64,000 nucleotides of DNA, taken from assembly GCA_045541135.1 (NCBI GenBank), contig JAZQIO010000028.1, forward strand, positions 104,854-168,853, written 5' to 3'. This stretch comes from Clostridia bacterium (GTDB lineage: Bacteria; Bacillota; Clostridia; Monoglobales; Firm-18). Within the stretch, counting starts at the first letter, position 1; every line of letters begins with the position of its first letter. Positions 22,115 to 31,851 of this stretch are shown piece by piece. Under the pieces are notes generated by a model. That model made no database searches. It saw only the letters and a program-made list of their open reading frames with translations, and had not been told where the DNA came from. The position numbers were made by a program, and so were the translations under genes.

Positions 22115-24799
22115 TTATCTGTTAATCACAACTGCACGAACGTTAAAAGTTTCAACATCCTGTATAACCGCCACTTTGTCACCTATCTGAATATCGTCAA
22201 AAGTACCTGTGCGGTATTCCTTACCCTCTATAACAAATACAGGTGCAGGATTTTTCACCGTAAGTTCATAAGTGTAGTTTATATCGGAACCGTTGCTTAT
22301 ATCCAATATATTTACCCATCTTACCTTTGTGTTTGAAATATGCATATATTTTAAATCAGTAACATTTGCACAAACCCTACCGTTTTCATATTCGTCATAA
22401 TCTACGTAATTGTCATTATCCTGAAGAAGAGAGATTGTGTTGATTTTATCAAAACCGTCAAGTGTATATGCAACAAGGTCACCTGCTCCAAGATTCTTTA
22501 TCGAACTTTGGTTTGTTCTCTGTTCTGCCACAACATACTTCTTTTCACTGCCGTCTGTAAGCATTGTTACAGCCTTTGACTCCACACCTGTGCTTTCATC
22601 AAGAACGTCAGAAATCTTTGTTATAAGTCCCACTTTTGATGTGCCCATAACATCAATTACCTGATTTGAATTCATGCTCTTTTGAACAACAAGTAAGTCT
22701 GCTATGAAAGTATTTTCATCCTGTTCATATCCGTTTGTTTCATATCCTACGCCGTTTAAAAGCTCTGCAAATACCAAAAGGTCGTCATCACTTACATCAC
22801 CTTTATTTTGCTGTTTGTAAAGAGGTACGCAAAAGGCCAGTGTGTAATCTTCCTTAATACCGAAAGGATTACCCTTACCGCCACCAAAAATTTGTTCACT
22901 GCCGTTATACTTTTTATTGTTTAATGTCACACAGTCAACAGCGTTATCAGAAGCTTTGATTTTTATATCGTCAACACTTTCCAAAGTGTCGATTTTTGTA
23001 ATTTTACCGTTTGTTCCAATCTTATACGAAACAGGGCAATCAAGAACCTGTGCCAAAGCCTGTTCTGTACTTATTTTTTTACCGTTGAACATTATTTTAT
23101 TTTCAATCTTGAATACCACAACGCCTCTGTTACGTACAAACAAGGAATTTGAAACATCAGCCACACCGCTAAGTTCGTCAACTTCTCCCTCTACTTGTTT
23201 AACGGAGATATATTCAGGCATAAGCATTTTTACGGAATAGTCACCAAGACTACCGCCACTTCTGTTGTATGAATAAACATATCCGTAAGTTTTTTCGTAC
23301 TTTTCTTCTTCAAAATCCACAAGTATTCCTGCAAAGTTAACGTAACCTATGATTGTTGAACCGATGGTTATTTCTTTTTGAAGAGTTCTGCTGTCACAAA
23401 AATATTCTCTGTTGTCAATCATAAGGTATTCTCCGTCACGTGACAGGATTGTACCACGTACAGGTTCACTTCCTACAACTATACGGATAATACTTCCGTC
23501 TTTACTTTCCGCAATACTTAAAACATCATCTTCCGAAATATCGGTTATAGTCTTTTTAACACCTTTTGCATCAAAAATCTCAAAAGAAATTTTTTCATCA
23601 TCCAATGTAATATTTCTGCGGTTTTTAAATTCAAAACCGTTTTTTAGCGTAACAACACCTGTTTCTTCATAAACTGCTTTTGCTATGCAGTCTGTATATT
23701 CATATACAAAAACAACATCAAAAACTTCGTCATCGTCATTATCCACAGTTCTTACAACAAAGTTGTCTGTCTGTTTTATGTCAGTAAGCTTATATTTAAG
23801 GTCAATTCTGTTGTTATATATAATTCTTGTTTCATAATCAGTTTTTACTGTGTTTTTAACATTATTGTTATCAAAAAACACAAGTTCGTTTTTAGAAACC
23901 TTATCAATCTGAGAACCCGTAAAATCGTTTACGGTATTCTTATTTGTAGGAGCGAAAGCTATAATCAATTCTTCACCATTAATGTTCTTTGTAACATAGT
24001 ATTCAACAGTCTGTCCAACATATCCGCTTGGTGCTTTTCCGTCATAGTTATAGACCTTATCTTCTATAACAATCTGTGTATCCTTCAAATTAGGTATCGC
24101 ATCGTAAAGATATGCAGATGTATCCGCTGTTACAACACCCGTAAGCTTCACAACACCATCACCGTAACGGCCGTTATGATAACTTCTGAATGTTCTTGAC
24201 TCGTCCACTTCATAGGATGGAGCGATATTTTCGTTATAGTACATAGGAACCATAAGTCCGATATCAAGAGCGTTGTCTATCATCCTCATTGCATTTTCAA
24301 AAGTAAGGTATTCATCGCTTGAGCTTATATTTTTGGAAACACCTATATTTCCTGCTACAGCCATATATCCGAAAAGTGACTTGTCACTTACAATGGGGTC
24401 GTAACCCAATGCGCAAACAAGAATTTTGCAAGCTGCACCATAGCTTATATAACCTGAAGGATCAAAGTTTCCCGATCCGTTTCCTGCGATGTATCCCATT
24501 TTTGCAAGTAAATTTACGGCACCCTTATATTCAGATTCGGAAATATCCGTAAAATATGTTTCATTTTCCAATGTTTTTGCAACATCCTTTTGCATAATCA
24601 TGCCTGTTACCATTTGTGCAAATTCATCTCTGCGTGCATATTCGTTTCTTCTTGCACCTGCATCCATACCCTCGGTAATTCCAAGGGCATCCATGTCAAA
24701 AGCCAAACCTTCATTTGATGCATACACAAATGTCATTGAGCTTGCAAGCATTGTCAAAACGCAAACCAAGCCGATAATGTGTTTTAATGCTTTCTTCAT
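22115..24799 (-). CDS. S-layer-type protein with N-terminal SLH region
   Basis: Signal peptide; SLH-like FTDI...AVNLLAKMGYIAGNGSGNFDP..ISYGAACKILVCALGY; body of repeated beta-rich units ending I/LxxGDxV, as in clostridial S-layer proteins. Confidence 0.75.
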   Translation of the reverse strand: MKKALKHIIGLVCVLTMLASSMTFVYASNEGLAFDMDALGITEGMDAGARRNEYARRDEFAQMVTGMIMQKDVAKTLENETYFTDISESEYKGAVNLLAKMGYIAGNGSGNFDPSGYISYGAACKILVCALGYDPIVSDKSLFGYMAVAGNIGVSKNISSSDEYLTFENAMRMIDNALDIGLMVPMYYNENIAPSYEVDESRTFRSYHNGRYGDGVVKLTGVVTADTSAYLYDAIPNLKDTQIVIEDKVYNYDGKAPSGYVGQTVEYYVTKNINGEELIIAFAPTNKNTVNDFTGSQIDKVSKNELVFFDNNNVKNTVKTDYETRIIYNNRIDLKYKLTDIKQTDNFVVRTVDNDDDEVFDVVFVYEYTDCIAKAVYEETGVVTLKNGFEFKNRRNITLDDEKISFEIFDAKGVKKTITDISEDDVLSIAESKDGSIIRIVVGSEPVRGTILSRDGEYLMIDNREYFCDSRTLQKEITIGSTIIGYVNFAGILVDFEEEKYEKTYGYVYSYNRSGGSLGDYSVKMLMPEYISVKQVEGEVDELSGVADVSNSLFVRNRGVVVFKIENKIMFNGKKISTEQALAQVLDCPVSYKIGTNGKITKIDTLESVDDIKIKASDNAVDCVTLNNKKYNGSEQIFGGGKGNPFGIKEDYTLAFCVPLYKQQNKGDVSDDDLLVFAELLNGVGYETNGYEQDENTFIADLLVVQKSMNSNQVIDVMGTSKVGLITKISDVLDESTGVESKAVTMLTDGSEKKYVVAEQRTNQSSIKNLGAGDLVAYTLDGFDKINTISLLQDNDNYVDYDEYENGRVCANVTDLKYMHISNTKVRWVNILDISNGSDINYTYELTVKNPAPVFVIEGKEYRTGTFDDIQIGDKVAVIQDVETFNVRAVVINR

Positions 24800-24813
24800 T
24801 TGATTTCCTCCTT

Positions 24814-25695
24814 TTACAATTCAAGCCCTGCTGCTTTAAATTCAGCAATAATCTGTGCTTTTTGTTCATTTGTATATTTCTTCATTGGGAATGCGGCATT
24901 ACCTACATCATATCCCATAGCTTCCACAACAGCCTTTGTGGCAGGTATTATCTTGTATTTAAGTAAAACAGAAATAACCCTGTTTGCCTTTGTCTGAAGC
25001 TCTTGTGCCTTTTGAATATCACCGTTTTTAAATGCATTATAAATTCCCTTTATTGTTTCAAGCTGGAAGTTGTATGTTGTACCAATACCGCCGTCAGCCC
25101 CTGCGTTAAGACCCATCAAAAGCATTTCGTCAGGACCGTTTATAATATTCATTTCGCCGTGAGTAATGTCTTTAAGCCTGTTCATTTCAAAGAAATTGGG
25201 ACTTGTCCACTTAATTGCAGTTACATTATCTATTTCAAACATTCTTGCTGCAAAGTTTGCGTTCATATTAAAACCTGCAGCAGGGTTATAGTAAACCATA
25301 ACAGGAAGGGAAGATGCTTCAGCAAGAGCTTTGTAGTAATTATAAACATCGTCCTCATCGTACTGGAAGAAAAGAGGCGGTGTTGCAGAAATAGCATCTG
25401 CACCGATTTTTTCCGCATGCTTTGCAAGTAAAAGAGCATCGTTTGTATTCATTGATGCAACCTGTATAATGGCAGGTACTCTGCCCGCTATTGCATTCAT
25501 GGATTCTTCTGCGAGAATCATTCTTTCTTCCGTGCGGATTTTTAACCCTTCACCTGTTGCTCCACCGATATAAAAACCCTCTGCACCTTTGTCAATCATA
25601 TCGTTTATAAGTTTTTTAAGTACTTCTGTGTTAATGCGTTCGTCTGCTGTAAGAGGTGTTACCAAAGCAGGCATTATTCCTTCAAATTTAATCAT
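24814..25695 (-). CDS. nanA: N-acetylneuraminate lyase-like aldolase (DHDPS family)
   Basis: GATGEG, YYNP, Schiff-base Lys in IKWTS, NGPDEM and GGIGTTYN; next to a sialidase-like gene. Confidence 0.75.
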   Translation of the reverse strand: MIKFEGIMPALVTPLTADERINTEVLKKLINDMIDKGAEGFYIGGATGEGLKIRTEERMILAEESMNAIAGRVPAIIQVASMNTNDALLLAKHAEKIGADAISATPPLFFQYDEDDVYNYYKALAEASSLPVMVYYNPAAGFNMNANFAARMFEIDNVTAIKWTSPNFFEMNRLKDITHGEMNIINGPDEMLLMGLNAGADGGIGTTYNFQLETIKGIYNAFKNGDIQKAQELQTKANRVISVLLKYKIIPATKAVVEAMGYDVGNAAFPMKKYTNEQKAQIIAEFKAAGLEL

Positions 25696-26780
25696 TTTTC
25701 AAATCTCCATTTCTGTTGCTCTATTGTGCAGGGTTTATCTACTGCCCTTCGTGCATAAAATACTGTAAGAAGGCTTCCGTCTTCAAGTTCCACCGTTGAG
25801 GGGTAGCCTATGTCATCGCTTACATGGTTTATATAAAGGTCATGGTCTGTGTCCCATGTTTTTCCGTTATCTTCGCTGAACATGACTTTTATTCCGTAAG
25901 GGGTCTGTCTGTAACCGTATGTACATATAAGCATTCCCGATGAATGCCTTATAATATGTGGAGGTGAACCGCCCTGCTGTTTAAGAATCTGTCCGGGCTT
26001 TGTCCATGTTTTTCCGTTGTCCTTTGATTCCGACTGAAATATAGTGAATATGGTTTTCGGATCTTTGCCGAAATAGAATGTCTGTACTCGTATGTGTACA
26101 AGAATTGTTCCGTCATCGAGAACTATTGCATGAGGCTCGCAGGAAAGAGTTTTGGTTCCTTCATAATCAATATTTTCAATCTCTCCAACAAAATCCATTG
26201 TACAATCGGGATTTATGATATAAGCCCTCACGCATTCGTCATCTTTTTCCTCAATATCCATCGGATTAAATGTTCTGCCCACCCACAAAAGTCTTCCGTC
26301 GGGAAGCTCCACAGGTCCATGTGGAGAAGTTACGGGGCTTTTATGTATTTCACCGAATGTTATTCCGTAGTCATTACTGATTCGAAAAGTTGCACCGAGA
26401 TATTTTTCCTCTTCCTCCGCTGTTATTGTATCAAGATACGCATTATCAAGAGAATCAGCATACTGTCTTTGGAAAACAACCTTGTTGTTAAAAGACGTTA
26501 CAATTACGTTTTTATCACCAAATGGCACAATACCGCCGTCTCGGTCATCAAGAGGTGTGTCTATAACAGGTGCCGGTAAAGTGTAAGTTTTACCATCGTC
26601 ACTGCTGTATGCTATAACAGTTTTCCCAAACGGACAAATGTGTCGTCTGCGAAACCCTGATGCAACAACTGCAATTTTCCCGTTTTGCAATCTTGTGGCA
26701 GTAGGCCATGCAAAATAGTTGTATTTGCTGTCAGCATTGCTCATTACTGTGGTTAAACCGCCAATTTTCACTATTTTCAT
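25692..26780 (-). CDS. BNR/Asp-box beta-propeller, sialidase-like glycosidase (cytoplasmic)
   Basis: Four Asp-boxes (SSDDGKTY, SNDYGITF, SKDNGKTW, SEDNGKTW), CEP and DIGYPS. Start at ATG 26780 behind AAGGAGG; no signal peptide. Confidence 0.8.
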   Translation of the reverse strand: MKIVKIGGLTTVMSNADSKYNYFAWPTATRLQNGKIAVVASGFRRRHICPFGKTVIAYSSDDGKTYTLPAPVIDTPLDDRDGGIVPFGDKNVIVTSFNNKVVFQRQYADSLDNAYLDTITAEEEEKYLGATFRISNDYGITFGEIHKSPVTSPHGPVELPDGRLLWVGRTFNPMDIEEKDDECVRAYIINPDCTMDFVGEIENIDYEGTKTLSCEPHAIVLDDGTILVHIRVQTFYFGKDPKTIFTIFQSESKDNGKTWTKPGQILKQQGGSPPHIIRHSSGMLICTYGYRQTPYGIKVMFSEDNGKTWDTDHDLYINHVSDDIGYPSTVELEDGSLLTVFYARRAVDKPCTIEQQKWRFEK

Positions 26781-26900
26781 ATTAACCTCCTTGACATTAA
26801 GGCAAAATTTGATATAATACAATTATAAAATATATAGTTAAACCAGTCAATAAAATACACAGACAAACACTAACAAAAAATGTCAGAAAAGGAAATATAT

Positions 26901-27638
26901 ATGTATAATGAACTTACAGTATCAATAGGTACACAACAACTAAAAGCATTTTTGAAGGGCGGTTTTTTTCAACCTAAGGTTATAGCTCCATTCCTTCACA
27001 AGCATAATTATACTGAAATTCATGTAGTTACAGGCGGTACAGCCACTTATACTATAGAAAACAATATCCACAAACTTCAAAGCGGTGATATGATTGTTAT
27101 ACCACGCAATGTTTTTCACAGTTGTGAGAAAAAGGATGAAGAAACTATGTTTGCCGCATTTCAAATAAACTACAATATGGAAAAAACCGAGATTTTTCAT
27201 ATAGGAAATAACATTTCTGCAGACTTTTTGGGTGAAATTGAAGAAGCAAAACACACACAGAATTACACAAAGCTTTCTGCATACATATCGCTGTTTTGCA
27301 GTTATTTTTATACCGCTGACAAAATTTCCACCCAGTCTGTTACTGATTATCCATTTTTAATATCCGAATTTTTTTCGTCAAATTACGCAGGTGATTTGCG
27401 CCTTAGTGACTTAGCGGAAATGCTCCACCTTTCGGAACGTCAGACAGAAAGGCTTGTTATTGAACATACAGGCAGAACGTTTAAAGAAGAGCTTGTATTC
27501 ATCCGTATGAATATGGCAAAAAAACTTCTTGAAAATTCCAATATGTCACTTACCGAAATTGCACAATATGTGGGATATCACTCCTATGCCGGATTTTGGA
27601 AAGCAATGAAAAAATCCAGCATAAAGCTTAATGATTAA
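26901..27638 (+). CDS. AraC family transcriptional regulator (cupin + HTH)
   Basis: HKHNYTEIH cupin; LSERQTER and IAQYVGYHSYAGF HTH; divergent from the sialidase operon. Alternative start at 26880. Confidence 0.92.
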   Translation: MYNELTVSIGTQQLKAFLKGGFFQPKVIAPFLHKHNYTEIHVVTGGTATYTIENNIHKLQSGDMIVIPRNVFHSCEKKDEETMFAAFQINYNMEKTEIFHIGNNISADFLGEIEEAKHTQNYTKLSAYISLFCSYFYTADKISTQSVTDYPFLISEFFSSNYAGDLRLSDLAEMLHLSERQTERLVIEHTGRTFKEELVFIRMNMAKKLLENSNMSLTEIAQYVGYHSYAGFWKAMKKSSIKLND

Positions 27639-27725
27639 TTTAAATTGTCTTTTAAATACATAAAACAAAATGAACCGTCATTATCAAAGGAACTGCTTAA
27701 AATGCGGGTTTTTGAGCAAAAAAAC

Positions 27726-27762
27726 GATAGAGTAACTGATAAATTGTATCAATTACTCTATC
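27726..27762 (-). terminator. Terminator downstream of tRNA-Met
   Basis: Stem GATAGAGTAA / TTACTCTATC followed by a T-run on the minus strand. Confidence 0.65.
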
Positions 27763-27767
27763 TGTTC

Positions 27768-27844
<77 letters not shown>

Positions 27845-27881
27845 ATATTTAATTTTACAGTCATTTCCCGACTGCTATGAT

Positions 27882-27910
27882 ATTATATCACTATTATATC
27901 ACATTGTCAA
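27882..27910 (-). promoter_or_regulatory. Sigma-A promoter of tRNA-fMet
   Basis: TTGACA-17 bp-TATAAT on the minus strand. Confidence 0.75.
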
Positions 27911-27935
27911 GTATTTTATTAAAATATTTTTTAAA

Positions 27936-27960
27936 TGTGGGGTGCTTTTTGCACCCCACA
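27936..27960 (-). terminator. Terminator after asp23
   Basis: Stem TGTGGGGTGC / GCACCCCACA. Confidence 0.7.
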
Positions 27961-27972
27961 CATATTTAATTG

Positions 27973-28359
27973 TTATTTTGCCTTTGAATCTTTAGATTTT
28001 TCTGCCTTTGGCATTGCAATGCCGTTAACATAGACATCAACAGCAGTAACATTAAGACTTGTCATTGTTTCAACTTCTCTTTTAACCTTTTCCTGAACTT
28101 CACGCGAAACTGTAGGAATATGACAACCAAAATCAACCGTAATGAAAACGGAAATTTTTACATCTTCTCCTTCTATAACAGCTTTAACACCTTTGGAATA
28201 ATTTTTCTTTCCAAAGAAATCTGTAATCCCTTCCACAAAAGTAGTGCACATACTTGAAACACCGGAAACATCAAGTGAAGCAACACTTGAAACAACAGCA
28301 ATAACTTCCTCAGAAATATTTATTTTACCAACATTATCTATAGATTTTTCTTCGTACAT
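27973..28359 (-). CDS. Asp23/Gls24 family envelope stress protein (YqhY-like)
   Basis: ISEEVIAVV, KGVK, VQEKVKREVETMTSLNV..VDVYV; usual position after spoIIIAH. Confidence 0.9.
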   Translation of the reverse strand: MYEEKSIDNVGKINISEEVIAVVSSVASLDVSGVSSMCTTFVEGITDFFGKKNYSKGVKAVIEGEDVKISVFITVDFGCHIPTVSREVQEKVKREVETMTSLNVTAVDVYVNGIAMPKAEKSKDSKAK

Positions 28360-28422
28360 CAAATTCAGCCCCTTTCGTTATGTATATTCTACCACACTTT
28401 TTTTGAAAATAAAAGACTTTTT

Positions 28423-28923
28423 TTATTTATTTTCAATTATTTTTATTTTATCTGCCGAAAAACCACTTATATTCGATATAATATCCTTAATTTTTGATAC
28501 AGAAACTTCATCAAGCTGTACATCATAAATAATGGCAGTTATTTCATTTTTATCTATGTACAAAACACTTTTTTCAAAACCTTTTGCCCGGAGGCTTTCT
28601 TCGATTGTATTTTCAGCATTTATATATTCTGCAGACAACGTCAGCATTTCCTGGGCGTTTTCCTTAGTTTCCTTATCACATTCTGAATTATCTATTATAT
28701 CCCGATACACCTGAATGCTCTCACTTCTTTTACTGTCCCTGTCCATTAATGCTGTAGTATATTCATCATCTACTGTTGGAGCATCCACGGTAGTTGACAT
28801 AGTTTCAACTGTTTTTGGTGAATTATAATTTATATTCACATATCCTGCTACTGCAATTATTACAACCATACCCATTAAAGTTAAATGACGTTTATTAATA
28901 GCTGAAAATTTTGGCTTTTTCAT
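28423..28923 (-). CDS. spoIIIAH: Stage III sporulation protein AH
   Basis: TM helix followed by AGYVN, RDSKRSE, ENTIEESLRAKGF; last gene of the spoIIIA operon. Confidence 0.88.
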   Translation of the reverse strand: MKKPKFSAINKRHLTLMGMVVIIAVAGYVNINYNSPKTVETMSTTVDAPTVDDEYTTALMDRDSKRSESIQVYRDIIDNSECDKETKENAQEMLTLSAEYINAENTIEESLRAKGFEKSVLYIDKNEITAIIYDVQLDEVSVSKIKDIISNISGFSADKIKIIENK

Positions 28924-28933
28924 AAATTTCTCC

Positions 28934-29266
28934 TCACTTCTTTTTTATTAAAATTTTAACCTTGCAATCAGGTATATTAAGTACAGCTACTGCAGAATCG
29001 TGCAAATCTCTTTTTACTGATGTATTCTGTGCACCCTCTGCAACAATTATTGCACCTTCAACCTTGTCATTTTCATCAAACGTAAGCATCACATCTACAT
29101 CACCTACTCCCTCTGCCATTTCAAGTGTAGTTTTAAGTCTTTTTTCCAGACTTGTACGAAAATCGGTATTTTCCGGAGGCACAGCTGTAAAAGCAACACA
29201 AATTATTCCGGCAACCAACAATATTATAAACTTCATATTTTTTCTTATAAAATCATTTATTTTCAT
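28934..29266 (-). CDS. spoIIIAG: Stage III sporulation protein AG (unusually short)
   Basis: LEKRLKTTL..AEGVGDVDVMLT and VEGAIIVAEGA..V motifs; operon position. Confidence 0.82.
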   Translation of the reverse strand: MKINDFIRKNMKFIILLVAGIICVAFTAVPPENTDFRTSLEKRLKTTLEMAEGVGDVDVMLTFDENDKVEGAIIVAEGAQNTSVKRDLHDSAVAVLNIPDCKVKILIKKK

Positions 29267-29639
29267 CAAGATACCTCACAATAGCATCATAAGTCTCTTT
29301 ATTTTCGCAATATATATTTTTTATTTTACATGCATCTGTAAGTTCAACTCTTATAGATTTATCCTCAAATTTTTCAGAAAACAGGTTGCTGAGTTTTTCT
29401 TCAAATAAATTTTTTATGTATGCAGTATTGTTTTCATAAGGCTGAGTATCAAAATTACCGGTATAAATTTTTTCAAAATCTATTGTTGTAAAGAAAGACA
29501 GAGCCATCGAAATAACCAACAGACCATATATATATGAGGTATATTTTTTTATAGATTTTTCCGGTAATATATTTTCAGCCAGGCACCATATAAAAGTTAA
29601 ACAAACAAGTGTTTTAACAAATACACTTACATTGTTCAT
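29253..29639 (-). CDS. spoIIIAF: Stage III sporulation protein AF
   Basis: ENILP...KKY...IYGLLVI two-TM N-terminus; operon position. Confidence 0.8.
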   Translation of the reverse strand: MNNVSVFVKTLVCLTFIWCLAENILPEKSIKKYTSYIYGLLVISMALSFFTTIDFEKIYTGNFDTQPYENNTAYIKNLFEEKLSNLFSEKFEDKSIRVELTDACKIKNIYCENKETYDAIVRYLDENK

Positions 29640-29640
29640 A

Positions 29641-30744
29641 CTATGCACCACCTATAAAAATAATAACTGCAACAGAAATCATGTACATAATTGACACAAC
29701 AATATTCATAGCAAATAAAACACCTATACAAGAGGACATACTGTTAACAATTTCAATAATGTTTTTTGATGCAATCGGTGATACAAAAAAATTCAGTATA
29801 TTTATAACAAACAGTTTAATTAAAACCGTAAGACAAGGAACTGCCGCGATAAACAAAATACCAACTAAGCCTGCAATGCCTACTGAATTTTTAACAACCG
29901 TTGAGCACATAAGTATAAGCTCTACGGAATCTGCCACCATTCCTCCGGCATACGGAATGAAGCTACTTACCGCATACTTTGCAGTTTTTACCGTAATACC
30001 GTCTACCTTAGGTATTGCAACACCTATAATCCCTATAATTCCCACATACACTGTAAAAACAAAACCAAGTGACCATTTTAAAATTTTCTGTATTTGATTA
30101 CCAAAATTTATCAGATGGTTTTTTTCTGTCAGACTACCCGAAAGTTTAAGAATAAAACCAATAATATTTAACGGAACAACAAAACTTTTGACAAATAAAA
30201 CAATTACACCGGACACCCCTATCATAACCGGACTCAAAACCCCTGCAGTTCCGCTTTTACCGCTTACTGCAAGCAACGACAGAAGTGTTGGTATAAGCGA
30301 ATTAATAAAAAGAATAAGACTATCAACAAATTCTATACAGTATTCCATAACACCATTTATTGTACCTATAAGTGAAAGTACAACAACAGCTGAAACAGTA
30401 AGGTTAACTGTTTTGTTATCTGTAAATGAATGCTGAACATTCTCAATCATTGATGCAAGTATTATAAGGACAAAAGCAGTTAAACCAAAACCTATGTTTT
30501 CTTTAAGTAAAACATTGAACTTGTCTTTTAGAAAATCTACAACACTTTTATAGTTAACGTCAAAATCACCTTGATTTAACCTTTCAATTAACTCTATTGC
30601 ATTAAACTTTAGTCCGGAAGTTTCAAAAGCGTTCTCTATATTGCTTTTCATATCGTTGGTAAGTACATCATCAACTCCGTCAGCAAAAGCATTATTGTAC
30701 CAAATCATCAAAAAAGTAATAATTAAAACAGTAATTTTTTTCAT
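29641..30744 (-). CDS. spoIIIAE: Stage III sporulation protein AE
   Basis: Polytopic membrane protein with KTAKYAVSSFIPYAGG and VKNSVGIAG. Confidence 0.92.
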   Translation of the reverse strand: MKKITVLIITFLMIWYNNAFADGVDDVLTNDMKSNIENAFETSGLKFNAIELIERLNQGDFDVNYKSVVDFLKDKFNVLLKENIGFGLTAFVLIILASMIENVQHSFTDNKTVNLTVSAVVVLSLIGTINGVMEYCIEFVDSLILFINSLIPTLLSLLAVSGKSGTAGVLSPVMIGVSGVIVLFVKSFVVPLNIIGFILKLSGSLTEKNHLINFGNQIQKILKWSLGFVFTVYVGIIGIIGVAIPKVDGITVKTAKYAVSSFIPYAGGMVADSVELILMCSTVVKNSVGIAGLVGILFIAAVPCLTVLIKLFVINILNFFVSPIASKNIIEIVNSMSSCIGVLFAMNIVVSIMYMISVAVIIFIGGA

Positions 30745-30751
30745 AAAACAC

Positions 30752-31129
30752 CTACAGTAAACCCATTATGCTTTCAAGTAGATTAATTAACAAAGGCAAA
30801 GAAAGTGAAATTATAATTATCTTTCCTGCAAGCTCAATTTTTCCGGCTATAAATTTTTCTCCGCATTCTTCGGCAATTGATGACCCAAATTGAGTTATAT
30901 AAGATATTCCCAAAACTTTAATCAATAATTTAACGTGTCCGTCCGATACACCATAACCGGATACAAAGCTTTTGAAAACAGTAACAAGATTGCTTATATC
31001 TTTATAAAGAAATCCAAGAATTATAACACCGGTAATTATAGCTGCCGCAAAACTAATATTTGAATTTACCCTTTTAAGCAAAAGAGATGCCACGACACCA
31101 ACAAAAGCAACAGATATTATTTTTATCAT
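30752..31129 (-). CDS. spoIIIAD: Stage III sporulation protein AD
   Basis: KVLGISYITQFG...EECGEK.IA.KIELAGK. Confidence 0.92.
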   Translation of the reverse strand: MIKIISVAFVGVVASLLLKRVNSNISFAAAIITGVIILGFLYKDISNLVTVFKSFVSGYGVSDGHVKLLIKVLGISYITQFGSSIAEECGEKFIAGKIELAGKIIIISLSLPLLINLLESIMGLL

Positions 31130-31326
31130 AATTCAAATAGCGTTTTTACAGTTTCAAACAAGCTGCTTACTTTTTGAACAATTAAAACAAGTGCTATCAT
31201 AAGACCTGCAAGAGATGTCATTAAACCAAGCTCGCTTTTTCCTGCCTGATTAAGTAAATTGTGTAAAACAGATGCTATAATTCCTATTGCTGCAATTTTA
31301 AAAATAAGTTCTATTCCGTTATCCAT
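31126..31326 (-). CDS. spoIIIAC: Stage III sporulation protein AC
   Basis: IFKIAAIGII..VL..LL.QAGK.E....SLAG...LF.TVK.LF. Confidence 0.92.
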   Translation of the reverse strand: MDNGIELIFKIAAIGIIASVLHNLLNQAGKSELGLMTSLAGLMIALVLIVQKVSSLFETVKTLFEL

Positions 31327-31338
31327 AAAGTTCACCGC

Positions 31339-31851
31339 CTATGCTAAAATTATTGCAATAAGAAATCCTGAAAGCACCCCTGAAGCCCGAAAGAATTTAA
31401 CATATTTCTTTTCGTTTTCCAATGCAACAGCAAGGTTTGATTTTATTACTTCTGCAGTTTTATCTATGTTTTTTATTTCTGTTTCTCTGTCACTGCTTCC
31501 AAAAGATGCAAAAAACCCAAAAATTTCATCAATATCGCATTTTTCAAAATATGTTGTATTGTTTTCCAAAAAGCTTTTAAAAGCATCACCAGGATTTATT
31601 TTTTCGTTTTCAATTTTTTTTGAAATATAATCAAACATTTTATTTACTGAATCAGATTTTACTTCGTATAAATTTATAAGAGCATCCGAAATTACATAAT
31701 TAGAAAACTTAATGTCATTTTTTATTTTTTCAAGCATATTTAAAAAAGCTCTTAATTCCTTTACTCTATATATATATTTCAACGAAATATCAAAACCTAT
31801 TTTTGCCGATGAAATAACAATTACAACAAAACCCAACAGTTTAATCAACAT
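31339..31851 (-). CDS. spoIIIAB: Stage III sporulation protein AB
   Basis: N-terminal TM, RVKEL, FGSSDRE, C-terminal K...ASGVLSG TM. Confidence 0.88.
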   Translation of the reverse strand: MLIKLLGFVVIVISSAKIGFDISLKYIYRVKELRAFLNMLEKIKNDIKFSNYVISDALINLYEVKSDSVNKMFDYISKKIENEKINPGDAFKSFLENNTTYFEKCDIDEIFGFFASFGSSDRETEIKNIDKTAEVIKSNLAVALENEKKYVKFFRASGVLSGFLIAIILA

